Shown here piece by piece: positions 28,975 through 36,905 of a stretch of DNA of 54,847 bases. The stretch lies in contig CALGYY010000047.1 of the NCBI GenBank assembly GCA_937934705.1, forward strand, positions 1-54,847, in the 5' to 3' direction. The notes beneath the pieces were generated by a model. The model was not told where the DNA came from, made no database searches, and saw only the letters and a program-made list of their open reading frames with translations. The first letter of the stretch is position 1. The number at the start of each line of letters is the position of its first letter. The position numbers and the translations under genes were made by a program. Origin of the DNA: an uncultured Bacteroidota bacterium. Its GTDB lineage: Bacteria; Bacteroidota; Bacteroidia; Bacteroidales; CAIWKO01.

Positions 28975-29631
28975 ATGAAAGCCTATTTGCTGTCAGGTCT
29001 GGGATGTGATCAAAGGGCCTTTTGCCGCTTGAAATTCCCGCCGGGGATAGAAGCGGTACATCTTGACTGGCTGCTGCCCGGAAAAAAGGAGAAACTTTCG
29101 TCCTATGTTGACCGGATGATCGGACAAATGGACACTTCAGAACCCTTTTACCTGATCGGTCTCTCCTTTGGCGGGATGATCGCCTGCATGATGTCAGAGA
29201 AGATCCGGCCGGTGAAAACCATCATCATTTCCAGTATTGCCAGCAGGGAGGAGCTTCCCCCCTTTATGAAATTCATGGGGAAATCGCGGCTTTACCGGCT
29301 GATGCCTGACAAGCCCCTGAAAGGATCCAATCCTGTGATGGACCGGATGTTCGGGGTCAAAGACCGGGATAGTGCGGTTTTGCTTAATGAGATCGTCAAA
29401 GACAGTGATCCGCGTTTCACCAAATGGGCCATTGGCAGCATACTGCAGTGGGAGGGCCGCGGATGCAGTTGTGATCCTGTGCGCATCCACGGAATGAAAG
29501 ACCGTATTCTGCCGCCGCGGCGCTTCCGTCCGCACTACTGCGTGCACGACAGCGGTCATTTCATGGTGTTCGATTCGGCGGACCGGGTGTCTGCTTTTCT
29601 TCACGAAATCATAGAAGAAGATACTTTATAA
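28975..29631 (+). CDS. Alpha/beta hydrolase
   Basis: About 218 aa. Nucleophile elbow GLSFGG, C-terminal IHGMKDRILP...DSGHF His region. Confidence 0.7.
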   Translation: MKAYLLSGLGCDQRAFCRLKFPPGIEAVHLDWLLPGKKEKLSSYVDRMIGQMDTSEPFYLIGLSFGGMIACMMSEKIRPVKTIIISSIASREELPPFMKFMGKSRLYRLMPDKPLKGSNPVMDRMFGVKDRDSAVLLNEIVKDSDPRFTKWAIGSILQWEGRGCSCDPVRIHGMKDRILPPRRFRPHYCVHDSGHFMVFDSADRVSAFLHEIIEEDTL

Positions 29632-29668
29632 TATATTATAATAATTATATTCTGTCAACTGAAAAACA

Positions 29669-30289
29669 ATGAAGAATCATTTCGACGAGGTGGCCCGTCA
29701 ATGGGATCAGAACAAGGTTCACCTGGAACGCACGCGTGCCATTGCCGATGCTGTATTGCAGGAAGGATTGCTGATACCCGGATCAAGGGGTCTTGAATTC
29801 GGAGCGGGGACTGCCTTGCTGAGCATTGTCCTTAATGAGCATTTCCGCGAGATCGTGCTGGTTGACAGTTCGGCGGAGATGCTGAAGGTGACGGCAGAAA
29901 AGCTCAGCCGTGAGGAGCTGCATCATTTACACCCCCGTCTGATGGACATTGAAAAGGGGGATCCGGAAGCGGGAAGTTATGATGTGGTGTTTTCCCAGAT
30001 GGCCCTGCATCACATCCGTGACATTGGTGCCCTGCTGCCGGTTCTGCATCAAATGCTGAATCCGGGCGGGCGGCTGATCATTGCAGATCTTTATCCGGAG
30101 GACGGTAGTTTCCATGACCACCAGGATTATGTGCATCAAGGGATCGACCCTGAGGTACTCTCGCAAGGCTTACAAAATCATGGTTTTTCCGGTGTCGCCT
30201 ACAGGGAATGTTACCGCATCAGGCGTGAAAATGAATCCGGGATCAAGGAGTTTCCGGTGTTTCTGCTTTGGGCACAAAAGCAAGCTTAA
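29669..30289 (+). CDS. Class I SAM-dependent methyltransferase
   Basis: 206 aa. Motif I LEFGAGTALLS, post-I VLVDSS, motif II/III YDVVFSQMALHH...LNPGGRLIIAD. Confidence 0.8.
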   Translation: MKNHFDEVARQWDQNKVHLERTRAIADAVLQEGLLIPGSRGLEFGAGTALLSIVLNEHFREIVLVDSSAEMLKVTAEKLSREELHHLHPRLMDIEKGDPEAGSYDVVFSQMALHHIRDIGALLPVLHQMLNPGGRLIIADLYPEDGSFHDHQDYVHQGIDPEVLSQGLQNHGFSGVAYRECYRIRRENESGIKEFPVFLLWAQKQA

Positions 30290-30299
30290 AATGAGCGCA

Positions 30300-31364
30300 T
30301 CAGACGCTTTTAATATGAAGCGGTGAGGCCGGGGAGCCCATTGATTCGCCGTTTGTTCCCGTGTACTTTTGATCCGGGTCAAAGGTAATCCCGATTTTCT
30401 CCAGAATGGGCTCAACTGCTACCTGATGTAATTGCAGGCCCATGTCCCAGGGATCATATCCCAGCAGCAGACCGGCCAGTTCTTCATAGGTCAGCACCGG
30501 TATGCCGTAACCGTTTTCCCCATAGGTCTTACTTTCCATTTCTGCAATTACATATTGCCAGCGGTCGAGGAAATAGGTGCAGCCAGGACAATTGGCAATA
30601 ATCACATCCGGACGATAGGGTTCCATTGAATCAAATTTGCGCTTTGAATTGGTGATGGAATAACCCCGGTTGGATTTCAGCAGGTATTGTCGGAATCCAA
30701 AGCCACAGCAGTGCCTTCGTTCCGGATAATCTACCTGTTCGCCACCCCAGGCATCTGTCAAACCTGCCAGAACGTAAGGATACTCCGCCCCTCCTACACC
30801 TTTTTCCGGGAATATCTTGGCATAATGGCAGCCGATGTGATCCACCACCCTGATGGGTTTGCCGTCGATCTGATTCTTCAGGTAATAGCGAAATTGCTTT
30901 TCGATGTCGAGTCTGAACTTGTAAATAATATCGCTGGTGTGAACCAGGTTTTCAGGTATTTCAAAGCGTTTTCCGCAAGAGCGGTACAGGATATCCCTTG
31001 CCTTTTTTTCCGTATCCGGAAAATGCTTCCATGTTTCGAGCACCTCGGTGTAAATCCCGAATGAGGTAACACAGGAGCAGACAAAATTCCGGTACCCGGC
31101 TTCTGTCATCAGGGCAAACTGCCGGGCCACCACCGACATGGTGGTTTCCATGGGAATCAGTCCCGAATGATAGGCTATTCCGGTGCAGCTCGTTTGTTTC
31201 GGATCATCAAAAATATCTTTATGCAGAACATCTCTTAGGATTTTCATAAAGAGATCTTCAGCTGCCGGAAAGAAATTCTGGCGGATACAACTCCGTGCGA
31301 AGTAGTAATGATCATCTGCAATTTCCTTCTGGTAGCGTTCCCAGTTTTCGTTCTTATTCATCAT
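30300..31364 (-). CDS. hdrB: Heterodisulfide reductase subunit B-like protein (CCG-domain)
   Basis: The ORF is open to 31469 but overlaps hdrC. Candidate starts are 31409, 31379 and 31364. The C-terminal half has a full CCG-domain pattern (GCHY...HCCGFG...NCPGC). The N-terminal half is degenerate (SCTG, VCSC). Confidence 0.8.
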   Translation of the reverse strand: MMNKNENWERYQKEIADDHYYFARSCIRQNFFPAAEDLFMKILRDVLHKDIFDDPKQTSCTGIAYHSGLIPMETTMSVVARQFALMTEAGYRNFVCSCVTSFGIYTEVLETWKHFPDTEKKARDILYRSCGKRFEIPENLVHTSDIIYKFRLDIEKQFRYYLKNQIDGKPIRVVDHIGCHYAKIFPEKGVGGAEYPYVLAGLTDAWGGEQVDYPERRHCCGFGFRQYLLKSNRGYSITNSKRKFDSMEPYRPDVIIANCPGCTYFLDRWQYVIAEMESKTYGENGYGIPVLTYEELAGLLLGYDPWDMGLQLHQVAVEPILEKIGITFDPDQKYTGTNGESMGSPASPLHIKSV

Positions 31365-32061
31365 TTTTCCCGGCTTCATTTCCATGGTAGAGTCTGTTGA
31401 AATATTCATCTTTCCCTTCTCCGAAACGGGAACCTGTCTTACGGGCATATTCCTCCGATGCGGCTTCAATCTTTTCGAAGCGCTTCATGGCGCCGCTTTC
31501 TTCGAATATTTGCCGGAGCTCATTCATCGTAACCTCATCGATGTTCCGCAGTGCCCCTGCCCTGTCCATCTTATAGCTGGCTCCGAGTCTTTCCAATATT
31601 GCTGATCTGTGATCGAGAAACCACTGCCACACGGGTCCCTGTTCCGGATACATATCGAGGCTTATTTCATCAATATAAATACAATAGCCGTATTCAAGCA
31701 AGTGTTCGCCAATGGTCCGCTTCAAAGCAAGTTGTTTACGCCCCTGCCCGCTATCAGTGAAAAAACCTCCTTCGATGGATAAGGCGCGCAAAGCCTGTAT
31801 GATGTAGCAAGGAGTGTTACCCCTCGGGCAGCGGGTTTTGCATGACAGACATTCGCCGCACATCCATATGGTGTCAGAGCGCAGTAATTGTTCGAGAGCT
31901 GCTTCATCCTTTTGCTGCACGAGGTCAATGATCATTCTGGGGTCGTAATCACTGACTGCGGCGGCAGGACAAACGGCGGTACAGGTGCCGCAGTTGAAAC
32001 AGGCTTTAAGCCCTTCTGTGTATCGCGGATCCTGTTCCAGTTTCTGATAGAGTGTTTCCAT
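31354..32061 (-). CDS. hdrC: Heterodisulfide reductase subunit C-like 2x[4Fe-4S] protein
   Basis: 235 aa. CFNCGTCTAVCP and CGECLSCKTRCP motifs with HdrC-like spacing and a helical C-terminal extension. Confidence 0.8.
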   Translation of the reverse strand: METLYQKLEQDPRYTEGLKACFNCGTCTAVCPAAAVSDYDPRMIIDLVQQKDEAALEQLLRSDTIWMCGECLSCKTRCPRGNTPCYIIQALRALSIEGGFFTDSGQGRKQLALKRTIGEHLLEYGYCIYIDEISLDMYPEQGPVWQWFLDHRSAILERLGASYKMDRAGALRNIDEVTMNELRQIFEESGAMKRFEKIEAASEEYARKTGSRFGEGKDEYFNRLYHGNEAGKNDE

Positions 32062-32333
32062 TACTTCTGAATGCGTTTCTGTTTAATGGTGTGCCAGCTG
32101 ATGGCATCAGCAGGGCAGGTTTCGATACAGAGACCGCAGGAATTGCAGTGTTCGTAGATAAACACGAGATAATCAGGGTGGCAATTCACCTCAAGGGAAA
32201 TGCAATATTTCATACATTTTGCACATTGACTGCTCCCGGTCCTGACGATGGCCTGCTGAGGGCATGCTGCGATACAGGTTCCGCACTGGGTACAGAGCAG
32301 GGGGTTCAGTTCAGGTATCTTTTCCTGTTTCAT
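32061..32333 (-). CDS. 2x[4Fe-4S] ferredoxin
   Basis: 90 aa. CTQCGTCIAACP and CNSCGLCIETCP motifs plus extra Cys (CAKCMKYC). Confidence 0.8.
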   Translation of the reverse strand: MKQEKIPELNPLLCTQCGTCIAACPQQAIVRTGSSQCAKCMKYCISLEVNCHPDYLVFIYEHCNSCGLCIETCPADAISWHTIKQKRIQK

Positions 32334-33198
32334 GTCTGTTTTTCATTAATTGATCATACATATTCAAAAGTTTTTTTGATAAGCCGGATCCGGGCAAAAA
32401 CTCGGGTATACTTTTACCCGCGACCATGGCGTGCGTAAAACTCGCGTCGAAGGGAATCCGTCCGAGTAAAAGCCAGTTGTTCTCCAGGCATTCCGTCTCG
32501 ATCTCCCGGTCAGCCATAGTGTTCAGATCAGCTTTATTAATAATGACGGACACCCTGCTTTTTGTTGAATTGACCACTTTCATGACCCTTCTGAAATCAG
32601 CAAGCCCGGAAAGACTGGCTTCAGTGACCACAACCACCTGGTCCACTCCCGTGATGGTGCTGATCACCGGGCATCCGGTTCCCGGTGGCCCATCAAGTAT
32701 GATCAGGGGGAGTTTGTTTCTCAGGGATTCAGCTTTCGCCTTTTCGCGTACCAGGCTGACCAGTTTGCCCGAGTTTTCCTCCCCGGGTGCCAGGCGCCCG
32801 TATACGAGAGTTCCGTAGCGGAAGTCACCCGTAAAGAGGCGGCTGCGGTTTGCCGGGTCCATGGTGATGGCTTGTTCGGGGCAAAGGTGAGCGCATAAGC
32901 GGCATCCTTCACATTTCAGCGGATCGACAATGTAGTCCGGACCGGAAGTCATCACTGCCCCGAAACGGCAGTGTTGATGGCATATGCCGCATGATAAACA
33001 GCGATCAGCCATGATGCGGGCCTTATAACCCGATATATAGATTTCCTCCTCTCTGTGAAGCGGGTTAAACAGCAGGTACTGGTTCGCCGCATCCACATCA
33101 CAATCCGCCAGAACGAGCCGCCCGGCAGCAGTAGCCAATGCGGCAGCGATGCTCGATTTTCCGCTCCCTCCTTTACCGCTGATGACTGCTATTTCCAT
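32311..33198 (-). CDS. MinD/ParA-superfamily P-loop ATPase with inserted 4Fe-4S ferredoxin domain
   Basis: 295 aa. Deviant Walker A SGKGGSGKSS, Cys motifs CLSCGICHQHC and CEGCRLCAHLCP, and DGPPGTGCPV. Confidence 0.85.
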   Translation of the reverse strand: MEIAVISGKGGSGKSSIAAALATAAGRLVLADCDVDAANQYLLFNPLHREEEIYISGYKARIMADRCLSCGICHQHCRFGAVMTSGPDYIVDPLKCEGCRLCAHLCPEQAITMDPANRSRLFTGDFRYGTLVYGRLAPGEENSGKLVSLVREKAKAESLRNKLPLIILDGPPGTGCPVISTITGVDQVVVVTEASLSGLADFRRVMKVVNSTKSRVSVIINKADLNTMADREIETECLENNWLLLGRIPFDASFTHAMVAGKSIPEFLPGSGLSKKLLNMYDQLMKNRHETGKDT

Positions 33199-34049
33199 TT
33201 CTGCACGAATTGAGAGATCAGTTTTCTGAAATCATTCATGATTGCAGGGTGTGACTGAATGCTGAGACTGCCTCTGGCATAATTCGCTGCAATGCCCGCA
33301 TCATATGGAATGCGCATCAGCAGGGGAATTTTCCGCTCAGTGATGTACTTCATCATATCTTCAGTGCCGGTATCGCATCGGTTGATGATGAGCCCGTATG
33401 GTTTCCCTATTTCATTGAGGGTATCGATGCTCTGGCGGAGGTCGCTCAATCCGAAAGGAGTAGGTTCAGCGACAAGGATTACAAAATCCGCGGCGGAAAC
33501 TGTGTGAATAAAAGGGCAGGATGTTCCGGGAGGGGCGTCGAGGATATGCCATTCTGTATCCGGATCAGCAGAACTGATGGCCTGACGGATAACAGGAACA
33601 GGTGACATGGTCCCGGCATGGGTTCTTCCTTCAATGATGACTGTATTGTGATTCCAGCTGTGAACATTAACCCGGCCGGTTTCCCTGTAATCTTCCTTTA
33701 CGGCAGCGGTGTGACATGCATCGATACATGCTCCGCATGAATGGCAAAGTTCCGGTATGATATGAATCATCCCTCCCGGGGGTAAATAGAAAACTGCGTG
33801 GTACTGGCACCATTCAAAACAGCGTCCGCAGAAATCACATTCATCACTGACAATCCGTGGACAGAGCTGGTTCACCGGGATACTCTTTATTTGCGGGGCT
33901 TTAAAAAACAGCAGGCAATCCGGGGCTTCTGCGTCACAATCAGTAAGTGTAACCCGCAAGCCCTTTTCAGCAGCCAGGGCAAAAAGATGAGTTGAGACCA
34001 GGGTTTTGCCCGTTCCTCCCTTTCCGCTGGCCACTGCGAGGGTAAACAT
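33189..34049 (-). CDS. MinD/ParA-superfamily P-loop ATPase with inserted 4Fe-4S ferredoxin domain (paralog)
   Basis: 286 aa. SGKGGTGKT, CDFCGRCFEWC, CHSCGACIDAC and DAPPGTSCPF. Confidence 0.85.
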   Translation of the reverse strand: MFTLAVASGKGGTGKTLVSTHLFALAAEKGLRVTLTDCDAEAPDCLLFFKAPQIKSIPVNQLCPRIVSDECDFCGRCFEWCQYHAVFYLPPGGMIHIIPELCHSCGACIDACHTAAVKEDYRETGRVNVHSWNHNTVIIEGRTHAGTMSPVPVIRQAISSADPDTEWHILDAPPGTSCPFIHTVSAADFVILVAEPTPFGLSDLRQSIDTLNEIGKPYGLIINRCDTGTEDMMKYITERKIPLLMRIPYDAGIAANYARGSLSIQSHPAIMNDFRKLISQFVQKWK

Positions 34050-34053
34050 GAGA

Positions 34054-34491
34054 TCAGTCGTATTTGAGCCGTGTTTCCTCGTCAGCCAGAGCAGGTGCTA
34101 TCAGGCCCTGCCAGTGCCGTGTTTTCCATGTGCCGAGAGCAGCATGTGTAAGGTGGTATTTCTGCGGAATCGGGTGGGTTCCGAAAATCACTTCCAATCC
34201 GAATTTCTCACGAATGTAGCGTTCAAAATAATCGAGCCTTGGACAAGGCGGATAGCCCACCAGACAGCCCGTGGCAAAGTGAATTTTGCTGATCCCGTTT
34301 TTCTTCATCTCTTCCGGAGCATATTCAACATTTCCGCCGGGACACCCCCCGCAGTTTGCGTAAGCAGCAATTTCCACTTCCTCTCCTTTGTATATGGAGA
34401 AAGCGCCTTCCCTTTCCCTGAGTGCCCTGAAGCATTTGCCCCCTGCACAATCGCGGTAACGGTCACAAATGATCACGCCGATTTTAATCAT
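34054..34491 (-). CDS. CGGC-domain protein
   Basis: The track ORF starts at 34512. The Met at 34491 (MIKIGVIICDRYRDCAGGKC) fits the family N-terminus. The eponymous ANCGGCPG motif is present. Confidence 0.8.
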   Translation of the reverse strand: MIKIGVIICDRYRDCAGGKCFRALREREGAFSIYKGEEVEIAAYANCGGCPGGNVEYAPEEMKKNGISKIHFATGCLVGYPPCPRLDYFERYIREKFGLEVIFGTHPIPQKYHLTHAALGTWKTRHWQGLIAPALADEETRLKYD

Positions 34492-34501
34492 AAATGATAT
34501 T

Positions 34502-35350
34502 TTATTGAGCACGATATACTAAAGCAGAACCGACCGGAGCGTGAACACGTTCTGCGATGACATCACACTTCACCATCAGCAGGAAGAAGATTCTCGGATC
34601 CTTTTTATCGATCAGTCCCTCAAGATTGCCTTGTCCCTTCGAAATGATCAGGTCAGCAGTTTCGAAATGATGAAGAAAACCCTTTCCGGATTTGCTGAGG
34701 ATCACAGAGGGGGCGTCATATCCTGTAGATATGATATCTGCCACCACATGCATTTCCGTTTCTTTGGCATCTTCCAGAGTTACATCATTAATTACAGGAC
34801 CTCCCCTTACCGCAAATGTCACGTTGGGGTGCATCATCATTTCGATCAGCAGCTTGTCGAAAACGATTTCTCCGGCATTGTCGCCAAGGTACAATATCTT
34901 TTCCGCTGAGGCGATTTCCTTACGGAGGGCATCTGATTCATCCCTGAAGAAATCATTTTGCATGACCTCTGTAATGGTTTTCTCTGTGTCGAATTCAGAT
35001 AAGGCTCCGTAATCCATGATATTCCCGGCCACTGCCAGTCGCAACGCCATACTGAAAGGGTCCGCGGAATTTAACACGCGGGGTTTCCATCTTTCATAGA
35101 GCTCCATGGCCACCATATTACTTTGCATCTTTTCAAGGGTGAAAGGATCCTGAATCCCTTGCAGGCGGCAGAGATAATGATACAGCTCCCTTTGCACCTC
35201 CGGACTGCCGGGGCAGGGTTCCCTTTTCATGATTTCTGAAAAGAAGGCAGAAAACTCCTGTATCTGATTTTCTGTAAGAGTAAAGCGGTTTTTCAGGCGC
35301 CCGTAACTTCGGCTGAAGCAATCAGCACAGCGCGGATCCAGTCTGCTCAT
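34502..35350 (-). CDS. DUF89 / ARMT1-like damage-control phosphatase family protein
   Basis: The ORF is open to 35437 but overlaps nifX-like by 86 bp. The Met at 35350 lies 1 nt after the upstream stop. Motifs LGDNAGEIVFDKLL and IISKGQGNLEGL. Confidence 0.8.
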   Translation of the reverse strand: MSRLDPRCADCFSRSYGRLKNRFTLTENQIQEFSAFFSEIMKREPCPGSPEVQRELYHYLCRLQGIQDPFTLEKMQSNMVAMELYERWKPRVLNSADPFSMALRLAVAGNIMDYGALSEFDTEKTITEVMQNDFFRDESDALRKEIASAEKILYLGDNAGEIVFDKLLIEMMMHPNVTFAVRGGPVINDVTLEDAKETEMHVVADIISTGYDAPSVILSKSGKGFLHHFETADLIISKGQGNLEGLIDKKDPRIFFLLMVKCDVIAERVHAPVGSALVYRAQ

Positions 35351-35351
35351 A

Positions 35352-35690
35352 TCAGTGGTCGCAATAATTGGATTCAAGCTTGAGTGAGCCGTCAAGAAAG
35401 GCCTGAACAAGCTCCTTTGCACTTTGTATCGGGGCACCTACAAAAACATTGATCTTTTGTTCCTTAAAAAGGTCGATGGCTCTTTGGCCCATACCTCCGG
35501 CAATCACGTCCGTAACACCATACTGGGCAATCCAGCGCGGATAGAGTCCGGGCTGATGCTCCGGTGGTGTTACATGAATTTCGGCACCCGCAACTCCGTT
35601 ATCTACCGTGATGATCGCGAAATTCTCACAATGTCCGAAATGGGGACAAAGCACCCTGTTTTCCAATGGAACAGCAATTTTCTTTTGCAT
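35352..35690 (-). CDS. NifX/NifB-C-terminal type (dinitrogenase Fe-Mo cofactor family) cluster-carrier protein
   Basis: 112 aa. MQKKIAVPLENRVLCPHFGHCENFAIITVD and GVTDVIAGGMGQRAIDLF are typical of this small-domain family. Confidence 0.85.
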   Translation of the reverse strand: MQKKIAVPLENRVLCPHFGHCENFAIITVDNGVAGAEIHVTPPEHQPGLYPRWIAQYGVTDVIAGGMGQRAIDLFKEQKINVFVGAPIQSAKELVQAFLDGSLKLESNYCDH

Positions 35691-35753
35691 GCATTAAATG
35701 TTTGAATGTTAAAAAAAGGGAGAGGGAGGGGGCAAAAGCCCCCGCCCGGGGAC

Positions 35754-35993
35754 TTATTCAGTCCCTCTGAAACGGTTCCTGCGGCCGGTTCCGCGACCAC
35801 GGGCACAAACCCTAAGACCGAAGCCATGTCCCCGTCCACCACCGTCCTTTCTACGCCCTCTTCCCTGAAAAACACCAGAAACTTCAGCATCCTGCTGATT
35901 TGAAGGGCTGCAAATAATTCCTGTGCAGCGTCCCATTTTGCGACCGGTCATGGGACCCTCCCCGGCCGGACCGCGTTGATCGAAATTTGGCAT
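35754..35993 (-). CDS. DUF5320 family protein (Arg/Gly-rich)
   Basis: 79 aa. MPNFDQRGPAGEGPMTGRKMGRC N-terminus followed by an RG-rich tail, the pattern I associate with DUF5320. Confidence 0.7.
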   Translation of the reverse strand: MPNFDQRGPAGEGPMTGRKMGRCTGIICSPSNQQDAEVSGVFQGRGRRKDGGGRGHGFGLRVCARGRGTGRRNRFRGTE

Positions 35994-36007
35994 ATGCTCT
36001 CCTTTCT

Positions 36008-36328
36008 TCAGTTGTGATCGAGTAAATCAATCACCTCCTGAATAGTTTTATCTTCTGTTTTCATGACGATCATTTGAATTTTCAGGCTATCGAGCAGAGA
36101 TTTTATCTTGATCCCGAACTCGCCTGAAACGATCTTCTTCACCCCTTTTGATGCCAGGAAGCGCACGGAAGAGGGACCTGCGCCTTCTTCTGCTTCCTTG
36201 TTGGGATTGGGCATGATTTCAACCGATTTTAGCTCCGTATCATAAATCACAAAATAGGAGCATCTGCCAAAACGCCCGTCAATTGTGCTGTTTAGATCCT
36301 TTCCTGTACTCGTGATGGCTGTTTTCAT
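36008..36328 (-). CDS. NifX/NifB-C-terminal type cluster-carrier protein (paralog)
   Basis: 106 aa. IDGRFGRCSYFVIYD and GVKKIVSGEFGIKIKSLL motifs. Confidence 0.85.
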   Translation of the reverse strand: MKTAITSTGKDLNSTIDGRFGRCSYFVIYDTELKSVEIMPNPNKEAEEGAGPSSVRFLASKGVKKIVSGEFGIKIKSLLDSLKIQMIVMKTEDKTIQEVIDLLDHN

Positions 36329-36340
36329 TGGATACTTGGT

Positions 36341-36823
36341 TTATGGATTCATCTGCCCCCGCCTTAATCTTCTTCTCCTGCAGGATTTCTCCTGAATTTC
36401 TTCCGGCACTTCTGTATAGTTGGAAACGCCTGAATGACCACAGAGAGGGCACTCCTCTACAGAACTGGCCTTATCCGGGTGATTGAAAAAACAACCACAG
36501 CCCTCGCAGGTATACCACTCACTGTCGAAGAAGATCTTCCCGCCCTCGATAATGATCTGTTTCCCGTTCACAAAAGCGTCTGCAATTTTCTGCAGAGCGC
36601 GGGCATAAATTCTGGTGAGCGTTGGTCTTGACACTTCCATGGCCAGGGCTGCCTCAACCTGACTGAAACCCTTGTGATCGCAAAGCCTCAATGCCTCATA
36701 TTCCTCAAAATGCAGAAACACCTTCTCCCGGGTCAAAGCCCTGTCAGAAGCTCCGTAAGGTTTAAATCCTGCAATAAGGGGCGGATCACTGATCTTTCTG
36801 AGTCTTTTTGGTCTGGGACACAT
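36341..36823 (-). CDS. DUF134 (UPF0251) predicted DNA-binding protein with C-terminal zinc ribbon
   Basis: 160 aa. MCPRPKRLRKISDPPLIAGFKPYG, HTH-like EYEALRLCDHKGFSQVEAALAMEVSRPTLTRIYARA, then CEGCGC...CPLCGH. Confidence 0.85.
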   Translation of the reverse strand: MCPRPKRLRKISDPPLIAGFKPYGASDRALTREKVFLHFEEYEALRLCDHKGFSQVEAALAMEVSRPTLTRIYARALQKIADAFVNGKQIIIEGGKIFFDSEWYTCEGCGCFFNHPDKASSVEECPLCGHSGVSNYTEVPEEIQEKSCRRRRLRRGQMNP

Positions 36824-36827
36824 AATA

Positions 36828-36867
36828 TGAACATTTGTTCACCACAAAGGTAATGAACATTTGTTCA
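36828..36867 (-). promoter_or_regulatory. Twin operator: two identical 14-bp perfect palindromes TGAACAtTTGTTCA (TGAACA-TT-TGTTCA) flanking a TAccTTTG -7-type box
   Basis: tgaacatttgttca occurs at 36828-36841 and 36854-36867. On the - strand TACCTTTG (36845-36852) sits between them. The proximal palindrome ends 4 nt from the DUF134 ATG. Confidence 0.6.
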
Positions 36868-36905
36868 AATGCAAGAAAAAATATCATTTTTTTTCGCCGG
36901 GCCTT

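Noticed and set aside
35711-35743. Internal intrinsic terminator after the DUF5320 gene (GGGGGC-aaaa-GCCCCC hairpin at 35728-35743 plus an A7 run on the + strand)
   Set aside because: On the - strand the T-run is separated from the stem by about 10 nt of C/T-rich sequence, so it is not a canonical terminator. It may be an attenuating or stabilising hairpin at most, and the support is too weak for a feature call.
35352-36328. Nitrogen-fixation interpretation of the two NifX/NifB-type genes
   Set aside because: There is no nifHDK, nifEN or radical-SAM NifB in the window. This small domain is widespread in non-diazotrophic anaerobes, so I call it only a cluster-carrier family.
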